This document shows positions 1-12,268 of a stretch of 64,000 bases of DNA, piece by piece; position 1 is the stretch's first letter; each line of letters opens with the position of its first letter. The notes under the pieces are model-generated. The model worked only from the letters and a program-made list of their open reading frames with translations, was not told the DNA's origin and searched no databases. Source of the DNA: Schmidtea nova. Taxonomy: Eukaryota. The position numbers were made by a program, and so were the translations under genes. The stretch lies in assembly GCA_044892505.1 (NCBI GenBank), contig CM097882.1:407092001-407156000 (forward strand), written 5' to 3'.

Positions 1-94
1 CACCTTTAATTATCAACTCTTATTCTGTGAATCAAATAGGTACAGGTCTTTTAACTGTTGACTCTGACCTCAATAATCGCACATTATCGTTAAG

Positions 95-3000
95 ATGGAT
101 GCTGCCCATTTAAATTTAAATACTCTTTCAGTTCCTTCTCTTTTGCTTAGTAAATTAAATTCTATTATTTCTCAAATGAAATCTGTTAAAATTCAATTTT
201 GTATTATGGTGGAATTTGAAAAAGATGACGAATATCAGTCTTTTGTTATTTCAAATTCCGCCCGTTTTTGGAGTAATACCTTTGTTGATGAAGGTATTAC
301 TATACTAAATGAAAAAATATCACAAATGAACGAGAAGGGTTCGAATTGGAAAATAAATAAAATCGAATACATAAGTTTTGTATTGACCAAATATTCTGAG
401 ATAAGCAGGTTAAGCGGTAAACAATTTATTGAGACTCCTAAATCTCTTATTCATAAGAATTGTGTAATCAATGTCATCAACACCGACAATCTTTGTTTTC
501 TATATAGTGTTTTAGCAGCTAAACATTTCAATGAAGTTCCTGAAAATATTAGAAATCTACCTTCTTCTTACGATGTTTCATCACTTAGATATGACATTAA
601 TGACATGCCAATGAAGCTAAGTAACATTAGCCGATTTGAATTGTTAAATCCAGGATTATCAATTAATGTGTTATCTTACGACGAAAACGCATTAATTGAC
701 ATCAGTAATAATAGTGAAGTGATGAAACATCCGTATATAGATATTATTTATAAAAGCAAAATAGTTGGACAAACAGTGATAAACTTACTTTTGCTTGAAT
801 TTAAAAAAACATATAATTACATAGCTATTTATGATTTAAATAGATTTCTTAATTGCCGAAATAGTTCAATAACCCCAGTGAGAATTTATAATAAATGGTG
901 CCCTAGGTGTTTACATGGCTTTCGTAATACTGACACATTTAACCGTCATCGAGGTCTTTGTGATGCCAATCAAATAGGTACGACATTATACACTCTGCCT
1001 AAGAATAAATTATTGGAATTCACTGATTGGAAAAAGACTGTAACACCACCTTTTGTCATTTATGCCGATTTTGAGGCAATCTTACCTAGGGACACCAAGT
1101 ACTTTCAAAAACACTTGCCCATTTCAGCAGGACTTTTATGTATCAATAATTTCACTGGGGAGAAGTTTTATAAATCATTTTTTGGTACTGAATGTGTTGA
1201 CCGGTTTCTATACGAAATAGAACAAATTAGTAGAAAAATTGTAACACCTTATTATTATAAAAATTATGATAAGAAGATTATTTTAACTTATGCTGATATA
1301 ATAAATTTCCAAGCTGCGACACACTGCTACTTGTGTGAAAAAGTAATAGAAAATCCTGTTAAAGATCACGATCACTTTACAGGTGCTTATCTTGGAGCAG
1401 TGTGCAAAAAATGTAACATCTCTCGGCAAATTAGACACACTTTGCCTATAGTATTTCATAATTTAAGGGGATATGACTTGCATCATATCCTCAAATTCGG
1501 ATTATCAAAGTATGAATCTTGGAACATTAGTTGTGTTCCTGTCACTAGTGAAAAGTTTCTAGCACTTTTTGCGAGAATCGGATCACTCACAGTGAAGTTC
1601 ATAGATTCATACCAATTTGCAAGTGAATCTCTAAATAGTCTTGTTAAAACTTTATCATCTTTCCCACTTACTTCTTCGGAATTTATTGGGACAATTATCA
1701 CTAGTAAGGGAATTTTTCCATATGACGTAGCTACATCTTTAGAAGTCTTGAGGTCTACTCATGAATTGCCACCGATTTGGGAAGGTGTCGATATTGCTGA
1801 TTATGAAAAGGCAAAAGAAATATGGAGAGAAAATTCATGTACCTCATTATTTGTTTATATGATGGTTTACATGAAACTTGACATATTTCTGTTGACTGAT
1901 TATTTTCAACAATTTCGAGCAAAAAGTATAGCTCACAACAGACTTGAGCCTTTGAATTTTTTAGGCATACCAGGCATGAGCTGGTGTTCTGCTTTAATGA
2001 CCTTGGAATCTCCTATCGAGCTTTTGACCGATATGGAGATGTACAACTTTTTTGAAGGTGGAATCAGGGGCGGCCTCACTTTTGTCAATAAACATCATGT
2101 GCAAACGAGCTCAGATACAGAGTTGCTGTACATAGATATTAATAATCTGTATGGCTGGGCTCTTTCACAAAACTTACCGGACGGAGACTTTGTTTGGGTC
2201 ACGGATGACCACTTGCTTGAAAATATCTTGTTTGAATGCACTACAGTTTATTTATGTCAGCTTAGCTATGGTTATACCATAGAAGTTGATTTAGAAATAC
2301 CGGCATCTATTCACGACTTACTGGATGATTTGCCAGTAGCCGCTGAAAAGATGTGTGAGCCAGGCTCGAAGGTGCAAAAGCTTCTTTTGACGCATTTACC
2401 AAAGAAAAATTATGTGCTTCATTGGCGGCTTTTGCAGATGTTTTTGAAGTTAGGGGTTGTTGTGACCAAAATTCATCGTGCTATAAGATTTAGGAAAACT
2501 ACTTTATTTAAAAAATACGTGGACACGAATACTGCTTTGCGAGCTTCTTCCACCACGAAGCTGGATAAGAATTACTTTAAACTTTTTAATAACAGTCTCT
2601 ACGGCATACACCGTAGAGAATCTTAAAAAACGTATTAATTTAAGACTTTGCAATTCTGCACGTAAGTTAATTACCTATAGCAGTAGTCCATATTTTAGGA
2701 AAACCACAAAAATAGACGATAACCTTATCTCTGTGCTTTTAAGAAAGGAATCAGTATGTTTAGATAGGCCTAGTTACATAGGTCAAACGGTACTAGACCT
2801 ATCTAAACTTAGAATGTATGAATTACAGTATGTTGAGCTTCAAAAATATAGAAATGAATTTAATTGTAAAATAAATATAGTCGCAGGAGATACTGATTCC
2901 TTCTTCCTTGAAATCATTAATTGTAAACTGTCTGTTCTTTTGCCTGCTATGGTTAGGGATCAACTCTTGGATACATCAAATTATAATCCTAACCATCCCT

Positions 3001-3509
3001 TATTTTCGCATAATCTGGATTCTGTTATAGGTAAATTTAAGGACGAAAATAAGGGCTTCAAATATGAAGAGTGGGTTTTTCTTCGACCCAAATGTTATAG
3101 TTTACTTGGCGATGAAGAGAGTATGAAAGCCAAGGGTATATGTTTAGCTACTGCGGGGCTTCACCATTCAAATTACTTTGATTGTTTTAATAACAATAAG
3201 ATATACCAAGTCCCGCCGTTTCGAATATGTTCGAAAAATCACCAACTATATAGTATAAAAAATATAAAAACGGCACTCAATTGCAACGACGACAAACGCA
3301 ATTGGGTGTCTAAAAACAAAAGCTATGCATATGGGAATTATCGGGGAGAAAACACAATAATAAATGAAGTGCACAATAATGATGTTGATGATGATGATGA
3401 TGTTTGGGAGGATCGAGAATCAACAGAAGCGGTCAGAATTAATGCATACATTAGACGTATACATGAAGAATTAGCGGATCGGCCGTCTACATCAAATGGA
3501 ATATTTTAA
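95..3509 (+). pseudogene. pPolB: Protein-primed family B DNA polymerase (Polinton type), broken by a 1-nt insertion at about 2607
   Basis: Motifs YADFEA (ExoI), DHDHFTG..C..CN (EndoVII-like insert), FHNLRGYD (ExoII), YIDINNLYG (A), KLFNNSLYG (B), AGDTDS (C), RPKCYS. After NSLYG the expected TVENLKKRI continues in the frame of ORF 2733-3509. Frame 3 is open from the window start, so the gene probably begins upstream. Confidence 0.95.
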
Positions 3510-3515
3510 AGTAAC

Positions 3516-3552
<37 letters not shown>

Positions 3553-4203
3553 TTAGATATTTATAAAAGAAAAGAAAATAAAAGATAGTAAAAGAAAATT
3601 GGACAAACATTATTTGAATAATTTTATTTTCTCATTTAAAAAATAAATATTTTATTTTTTATTTGTTGTTATTTTTATATTGTGTACTTTTATCGATAAT
3701 TGCATGTGTTAGTTTTTGATTGTTCTATTTTTTATAAGGTTTTTTATAAAATTTTTTATAAGTTATATAAGTTGGTATATTNNNNNNNNNNNNNNNNNNN
3801 NNNNNNNNNNNNNNNNNNNNNNNNNNNNNNNNNNNNNNNNNNNNNNNNNNNNNNNNNNNNNNNNNNNNNNNNNNNNNNNNNNNNNNNNNNNNNNNNNNNN
3901 NNNNNNNNNNNNNNNNNNNNNNNNNNNNNNNNNNNNNNNNNNNNNNNNNNNNNNNNNNNNNNNNNNNNNNNNNNNNNNNNNNNNNNNNNNNNNNNNNNNN
4001 NAGAACGCGCGTTCAATGAGTACAGTAATTTGTCTTAAACACACACACACACACAAGTTATCTGTGTACAAAAAATTATTATTATTAAAAGTTATATTTC
4101 ATAAGTCTTTGTTTCTTTGCATTCACCTTGCAAAGTCTTTGTTAATTTGCACTTGCATTGCAATGTCTTTGTTAATATTTGTTTTTATTGATGCGTCATA
4201 CCA

Positions 4204-4342
4204 ATGAGTCATGCCGATGAGTTATGTAGATGAGTCATACTGATGAGTCATGTAGATGAGTCATACTGATGAGTCATGAAGATGAGTCATGTAGATGAGT
4301 CATCCCAATGAGTCATCCAAATAAATCATACCGATGAGTCAT
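4204..4342. promoter_or_regulatory. 13-bp tandem array of ATGAGTCAT (AP-1/TRE) sites in the Polinton terminal region
   Basis: 11 units at an exact 13-bp period (4205-4335); 9 are perfect TGAGTCA and 2 are variants. Confidence 0.8.
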
Positions 4343-4360
4343 TAGGAAAACAATTTAATC

Positions 4361-4760
4361 TTCAATGGTATGACCATTATACTCACCCTTCAATTACCTT
4401 TTGTTTGATGTACATATTATAAGGATTAAAAAAGGTTGAAGGTTTTTGACCCTTTCAAGGTTCAGGACCCCCCATACACCTTCGAAGGTATGACCATCAT
4501 ACTTACCTCTCAATTACCTTTTGTTTGATATATAACTTGTAAGGATTGTAAAATGTTAAAGGTTTTTGACCCCTTGAAGGTTAAGGACCCACCATAGACC
4601 TTCGAGGGTATGGCCATCATACTAACCTCTCAATTACCTTTTGTTTGATTTATAACTTGTAAGGATTGTAAAAGGTTAAAGGTTTTTGACCCCTTGAAGG
4701 TTAATGACCCTCCATAGACCTTCGAGGGTATGACCATTGGATAGACCTCTCCAAGACCTT
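4361..4760 (+). repeat. 120-bp tandem repeat, 3 copies plus a partial, in the Polinton terminal region
   Basis: Units start at 4361, 4481, 4601 and 4721; shared core CAATTACCTTTTGTTTGAT...AAGGTTTTTGACCC. Confidence 0.95.
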
Positions 4761-4822
4761 TCGAATGATACCCCTGTTTGAAGGTTTGACCTTATTTGAC
4801 CTTTGGAAATTTAAATTATGAA

Positions 4823-4985
4823 ATGAGTCATCAATGACGTCATAAAATTCAAATTTGAAATGAGTCATCGATGACGTCACCAATGAGTCATGTGATGAGT
4901 CATCCCGGTGGCGGGGGGTAGGGTACTCATTGTCTTTGTTATGAGTCATCGATGACGTCATTGTCTTTGTTTAACGATGAGTCAT
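4823..4985. promoter_or_regulatory. Subterminal TRE/CRE cluster
   Basis: 6 TGAGTCA and 3 TGACGTCA, plus 2 ATTGTCTTTGTT, within about 160 bp of the terminus. Confidence 0.75.
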
Positions 4986-5698
4986 GGAGCACACTTCTGT
5001 CTACTAAAGCCATATTGGCCTTATTATGTCATTACAGCATAAATAATAACATTAGCAGTTTTAGCTTTAATAACTAGCGTACAAATTTATAAAAAGTACA
5101 AATGGAAAAGACAGCGGTATCGGAGCCGACTGGTCAGAAATGTACCAGGGCATTTCTATTTGGGCAAATATATACCAGGTGAATATACAAAATCCACATT
5201 GGTATGATATGTATTAGTCAATAATAATAATTAAAATCATATATATCCATATTTATATAGCGTATAAGGTTAAACCGACAATTCGCTCTAAACATAAAAA
5301 TTTATTTTTATTTATTCTTTTATTTTAATTTAATTTATTCTTTTTAGAAAAGAATACAAGAGCAAAACAAAGCAAGTTCCAACAAATTCAAAAAACCCAA
5401 TCAATCTCGTCAATTCTATAGACCAATCAAATCTTTGCGACAACTATTCAAAAATCTCAATAAATTCAATCATCTCTTTTTTAAACCGTCATAACAAACA
5501 ATCAAAAGACCCTATTAATTATTTCTATTCAAAAACCCCCATCAATCTCGTCAATTCTATAGACCAATCGAAACTTTGCGACAACTACTCAAAAATCTCA
5601 ATACATTCAATCATCTCCTTGTCAAACCGTCATAACCCTATTAATTATCTCTCAAATCAATCTATCAAGAACCCAAATCGATACCAATAAAAACAAAT

Positions 5699-7800
5699 AT
5701 GAATCAAAATCAACCTCATTTCAATCAATTAAGAACCTACCAGAAATACACATGTTTTATAAACAAACTCAACATGAGTTTTTACAAAAATCTACAGAAC
5801 AAGATATGTACTGATGGAACCCCAATTACAATTCGCAGTTTCCCAAATCAAATATGCATCCCAAACGACATGAAAGTCGAAATAGAAGAACGTGAAATGC
5901 ATCTGATAAAATTCAATGAGGCCCGAAGAGTCAAACTCAAAGAGCTTATTGGAACCTTCAACAAACACCAAAACGTCGACAAAGAAGTTGCAGAAAACAA
6001 GAGAATTCCTCACAGATTAGTATTCCATATGACAAAAACAGAAGTTGCAATATGTCAGAATAAAATCCCGTTAATTGTCACAAGCAACTGTTCAGCAGTT
6101 ATCAAATTAATAAGAAAAGACAGAAGCATGTCAAATGATTTCAATGAGCTGACAGTGCAGATGAATAATCTACCATGTGTAATAGCAATCGAAGTGCTAT
6201 ATATCCCGACAATCCCAAATCCGTTTACAAAATTGAACCCAATACAATCAATCCTACAAATAAATGAAGATATGATCAACCAGAAAATATCATTCACGCA
6301 TCAAGAATTATCGACAGAAGAAAAACATTCATTAACTGTATTTGTGGATATAAAATTAATTCAAGATATAAACAAAAATCTTAGACCAGTGGAGGTCTGT
6401 ATCAGAAGCAGAAAAGGAGCGATTCTATATAACAAGTTTATCACCCCAAGAACGAAGGAAGAAAGATTCTACACGGAAAAAAACTAAAGCTACAAAAGAA
6501 AACATAACTGGAAATGAGGATGAATATAAAGCCTTGAATAAAATTCGAAACATTCTCTATGGAAAGGTTATAGTCGGATTCAACATCATAGATAAGTTAA
6601 AACTATTGACAATTGATCTGGACAACATTATGGGCATAAGAGAAATGGCACAAGATAGATTCATGTGTTCTTTTGTAAAAAACGTGGCCCCACCAAAAAT
6701 AAAAATATCAAATTTGGCTTACCAGGTAATCAATTACCATAAAAGTTGGCATAAAGATAAAAAGTTAAATGATATATTGAGACAACCAGAACAACAAAGA
6801 TCACCACAATACTATTAAAAGTTATCTACGATATTACAGAAAATAAATGGGAAGAAGTTGTCAAATGGGATTCCGTAATACTTCTTAAAAGAAAACAAGT
6901 TGATAGAGAAGAACAACTAGAAACAATATTTGAAAGCAAAGCAGAGAGCGAAGAAGAGAGTGAAGCAGAGAGTGAAGCAGAAAGTGAATATGAAGATGGA
7001 GAATGCATGGAGCCGTCCCATGGGAAGTCAAAAACTAATCATGAACAATCAAAAAAATCATTCATGGAGGAGCTCATGGACAGTGACGACGATGAACTCA
7101 TCATCATAAAAGAAGAAATACCACTTATAGCTCAAACTAAAGAAGTCAAAGCAGAACCCAAGATACAAAATATTCTACATGAAAGAATGGATGAATGTGA
7201 TATAGATGATGAATATTTCTCCGCAGATGAAAACATGGAAGAACCCTCAACCAGCGATAACAACATCAAAATAGAAGAAGATAGTGAAGAACCATCAACA
7301 AGTAATAAATACAACATAATTGAAGAGGATATCGGACCAGAACCAAACGTTGAAATGTTAGCCGACTGGACAGAACCGGAAGAATCAGATTTCATAATAG
7401 ACAAAGACAAGAAATATATCTCAGAAAAAGATCTCTGCACTCATTTTGAAGACAAATTGAGCACGACGAGACGATTAACCTTGCAATAAAAAATGGATTT
7501 CGAAAAACAACAATTCAAATAAAAGAGAAAGAAATCGACTTAATATTGTGCGACAAAGGTAATGAGGACATTACTTTGACGGCCCGGGGAGGAATGTTGG
7601 ATGTTGAAGATGCACCCATCAATACATTCCTCCTATCAGAAAATTATAGTGTGGGGGGCAACAAATACAGAGTGAATGTTTATGCAGAGCCTGTCGATAC
7701 AACTAATATTCAAGAAGAAGCAAACCCCAATATCAATCAGTACCTAATTCAAAATCAATCCCAATACCGATCAGGATATCAATATCCATTTGACATTTAG
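5699..7800 (+). pseudogene. Frameshifted gene with a REXO4/ISG20-like DEDDh exonuclease fold (catalytic residues degenerate), an acidic linker and a conserved C-terminal domain; copy 1
   Basis: ORFs 5699-6487, 6534-6818, 7007-7489 and 7546-7800 join through frameshifts. VFVDIK..VCIRSRKGAILYNKFITP..ILYGKVIVGFN..IRE..IY....KWE parallels the REXO4/ISG20 pattern from memory. Confidence 0.6.
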
Positions 7801-10800
7801 TTTTGATATTTGACATTTGACATTGTTCTTGATGTAAATATTTGATATTATTATGACAATTTATGTTTATTATGAATGTGAATAATTTATATCTAATATG
7901 AATGTGTTTGTATGAATGTGTTTTTATTAATGTGATTTATTATAAGTTTTTATGAATTTTTATTAATGTGATTTATTATAAATATATATATTTTATAAAT
8001 TTATTATTAACATGTACTTGTTAATGAATTATTTTATTTTAATATTAACATTAGAATAATTAAAATAATTGATATAATAATCGGAACAAATAAATAATTA
8101 TAGCCGGAGCAAATTAATTGGAATTATACGGCCGCAGGGATAATAGGGGGAAATAGAAAATTAAAATTATTTAAATTATCATACGAATTTTGGTATATAA
8201 AGAAACCAAAATTTCGAAAAGTTGACCACAATTTTCTGAAATTTGATTTCAGTGTAAAATTTGCGACATAAATTTTCTCAAAGGGTAATCCTGCAAGAAT
8301 TGAAAATTCACGGACAACACAGAAACGTCCAACACAAAATTTTTGTAAATAAAATAAACATAACACATTCACGTAGATAACAAACACACAGTAGGACACG
8401 CACAAAATAACTTTTAAATAAAATTTCTAAAACAGTTTGTAAAGATTTGAAAGCGTGCTTGATAAACTTTGATTTTGGAAGAGTGTCAATTCGGTAAATT
8501 TTGTTATTAAATAAATTTTTCAAAACTTGATTTTATTATTATATACTACACCATTATTATAGTCTACACCAGTGCACGTTGAGAACTAAAAATCTTGGAC
8601 CTCAACAATTATTTTACTACGATGAGGATATGTAAGGAAACAAAGTAAAGACTGTCAAAAAAAGTGATGTTTATGTGCATATTTTTATTTTGGAGGTTTT
8701 CGCGTGATTTAAAAATTTTTTAACTAATTTTTGTTTTTGCCCATCCGTAGACATCTCAGACACACCATATTGTAGAAAAATAATATTTAGGTGCACCAAT
8801 AAAAAATTATTCACAATCAAGCCTACAAAATAATTGCGAAACAATCAAACGCTTATTATTTTTTTCGCCAATCCAACCGGCACTACCTTTGAAATTTTCA
8901 AGAAGACATAACGGAGTTAAACTTTACAGTAATTAAATATTATATTACATTCAAGTTGATAATATGGAAAAGCCCGTGAGATAGTTTATTTATTTCAGGA
9001 ACTACCCGAATTAGTATGAGTACTAATGTCAATTATGAAGGAGCTACTTCTCACTAGGAAGGTCAGAAAAATGTTAATTGAAAGAAGCTATAAAGTGGAC
9101 ATAAAAAGAGACAGTACTGACCAATTTTAGTATAAGAATATGGTAAAAATTGGAATCCGCAGATCGTGATTATTAAAAAGGAGCCGCAGGAAGAACAGAA
9201 AATTGTAATTTTTATGGACTAATCGCGGTATTCTTAATCGCGTTATAGGAGGGTTTACTGTAATTAGAATCTATGAGAACCAATCTTAGAATGTTCTGTT
9301 CTTATGATCTGCATCTGACCAGGACATCGATCCGATCAAGCTCAAGACAAAGTACCAGTCAGATAGAAACCTCCAACGACTCGGAAAGCCACAAGAACTT
9401 TCCCCTTATTCAAAATAAAGATGATAGAGGTTAAAATTTTTATTATACAATTAAAAATTGACTAACAACTTTATTAGTATAGGTACAATTCAAATGTTTC
9501 ATCTGTATCAGATTTATCATGGAATAGTTTTGAAATTTCTTTAGAAGTTTAAGAAAACTTTTAATAAGTAGTTGATTAAAGGTATTGGTCAAAATAAAAC
9601 TTTTTTGTAAAAATGTCTTTATCTAACGTATACTAATTATTTCTGTGTTAATTCACTATCTCTTTATATATAATCTTTGAGATAGAGGAATCAATCAATC
9701 AGAGTTGATTCAATCACTCAATATTTCCATTGAAAAATTTTTGTTTATCCAATTAAATTATTTTCATTTCATAATGTTTTTTCTCCTATTTAATTCTAAA
9801 TTAATTTCATCAATCATAGTCGCTATTATAGATTTTGGACGGGCTAAAAATATTTAATAGATTTTATTATTTTCGGTTATTGTTATTTACTTATTTGTTT
9901 CCTATTCGGTAATTTTTATTAATGTATAATGTTTCTTATTTAACTTTTATACTTAATTCTATTTATTATTGCCCTTTCTCTTTAACATTTGGCGCAAGTT
10001 TCTTATTTTTAATTAATTATTGGTTTAAACGCTTTGGGTTCAAACCCCAAGACGTTAAAAATTAAATTAATGAGGAACAAGTTAAAACGAAATTTTAGAT
10101 TAATGCATGATTTATAAAATTCTTTGTAAGAATCTTATTTGTATGAATTTTTATAGAGTTATTTCTGCATGTTGGATAAACACAGGACCCCACTGATTTT
10201 TGTTTAATCGTAACAGAAACACAACAAAGAGAGAATGCACACGAAATGGATTTAAATTTATAAAGAAAAAACATAAAACAAACAAAATTAATAAGAGGGA
10301 TATACAAAAAATATTTAAAAGATGTATAAAAATGAACATGAAAGAACGAAGTAAGCACGTTATTTGATTTTTAAAAAAATAAGTGAAATATGTAAAAGAA
10401 ATAATTTAAATACTAAATTTAAATTGGTAAAATTAGAAAAAACTTTAATTAATATCAAAAATTTTATATTAAAATAAATTTATTTGGAATTTACATAAAA
10501 TTATAAATTTTATTTAAATTAAAATTGAAAATCTTTTTTTGAAAAAATAGAAAAATTTAACCTTAAAAGTTTGTTTAAATGAATCAACGAATATACGTAG
10601 CGGAAAGTGGTATATAAACCGCTCCTATTTTACTAAAAACACTACTAAAACTCTCCTAAAATACTACTATACAACATCAACTCGTATTCTTTAATCACAG
10701 TTAAAAATATATTTTAATCTAATTTCAACGTCACTCATACTCCCGGAAACTCAAGTTTTTATTCGACTCCCAAGAAAAAGAATTTTTACTATGAATAATC

Positions 10801-11642
10801 ATTGCTGACCATTTAAACACTACGTAAGCCATTTTTCAGTTTTGACTATTAATTTACGTCGTGCGACGGATTATGCCACGGACGATAACGCGTCCGGTTA
10901 TTCATTGATTACCTTAACCAATTATTATTTTTAAAAATTTTTATTTATTTATTATGTTATATTTTTATATTATTGCAAATTGAATTCGTTAATAAAATTA
11001 TTATTGTTCATGACTATTATTGTGACAGGGTTACCACTAATAGCGCAAATTTCAAAAGGAAGAAAATAAATTTGAATCTTCATTTCATCATTTATGAAAT
11101 AAAATCACATTAAACACAAAAATTTCTAAAATAGATTTACATAATTGCCGACAAAAATGGTTTTGAAAAATTCACTACAAAATTTCATTATAACTAACCT
11201 GGAAATTAGTTTTAAAACATTTAATTTAAATTTAATACCAATAGAGTTACACAAAATTTAACAACATTGGATCGTTTCTAACACTTAATCCAACAACTGG
11301 GAAAATCAAACATAGCGGTGGAAGGAGTCGTATTATTGGGAGAATAAAAATTTATTGATTAAATAATTTTTGATCGAGATTCACCTTGTGGTAAAGTACG
11401 ATAAAATGTGAATTTCAGTGAAAATTAAAAAGGAACTATGAACTTGGGACTATGATTATTATAAATGGATAAGGGTTTCAATGATTTAGAGATTTGAATG
11501 ATTATTTGTTTGAATTGATTGCGCAGGATGTGCAATTATTATTGAGATAAACCATTTTATTTAGTAATTATCATTATATTTTTCTTTATGCAATAATATC
11601 AAGCATTAAACATATTTGTTCATTTGGATATCAATCAATACA

Positions 11643-12030
11643 TGGCTGACTAGTATGGAAGATAGATAAATTCTTAGACCAGCGACTCGGAGAATTTATC
11701 AAAAATGCAGAACCATGGAAACTACATGGTTTAGCCCTCAGAAGATGGAAAATTTCCAGAAGCAGATTAATATGTTGTTAAGGCAAGCTGAGGAAGATGC
11801 GGTAGAAAACCATGCACTTAAGTTAATGGTAAGAGAACGCGATGCAACACTTGCGAAATATAAAATCGAGTACGCCATCATCATGGCTTTGAACCCATCT
11901 GAATCTGCTGTCGTGTTCCCCCGTGATGAAATAAAACCGGCGCAGGATCGGCGAAGAAATATAAACCCAGTAAATTCGCGAGGGCAAGGTGACGACGCCA
12001 CCAAGAGCGACTAATATGACAATTTAATTC
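11643..12030 (+). pseudogene. Unnamed coiled-coil/basic-tail ORF family, copy A
   Basis: ETTWFSPQKM..KQINML..AEEDA..KLMVRERD, then a shifted-frame tail KKYKPSKFARAR*RRHQERL; aligns with the copy at 15640-16103. Confidence 0.6.
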
Positions 12031-12268
12031 TAAAAAACCCTCCGACACAAACATTGACCTAAATATTGAATAAATTGTGATTCTGATGTATGAATGTATT
12101 GATTGTGTAATAATTTTGTGATGAATTCCATTTTTATTGTATCATCATTATTGAGTGTATATGTAAGGTGCGATTCTAAATTTCAGTTTATTTTAATTAT
12201 ACTTTTATTATATTAGTTTTCCTTTATTTTAATTTCACAGATTTAAAATACTATTATATAAAATAGTA

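Larger units (their letters stand above)
1..5005 (+). mobile_element. Polinton/Maverick element 1, right-hand part (left part outside window)
   Basis: pPolB gene followed by a repeat-rich terminal region ending ...CACTTCTGTCTACT at 5005 (reverse complement AGTAGACAGAAGTGTG), similar to the AGTAGGTAGATGTGTG termini of element 2. Candidate 6-bp TSD AAAGCC at 5006-5011. Confidence 0.85.

Noticed and set aside
2600-2640. Programmed frameshift in pPolB near TTAAAAAAC
   Set aside because: The conserved G-K-T-V-E-N pattern shows a 1-nt insertion before the A-run, and the stop precedes the run. Decay or assembly error is simpler.
3700-4207. ORFs spanning N-runs (also at 14.5, 27.7-28.4, 46.0, 60.3 and 63.0 kb)
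   Set aside because: They are open only because N codons are not stops.
4361-4760. CRISPR-like appearance of regular repeats (also 18775-19045 and 36004-36114)
   Set aside because: Head-to-tail units with no unique spacers, no cas genes, eukaryotic context.
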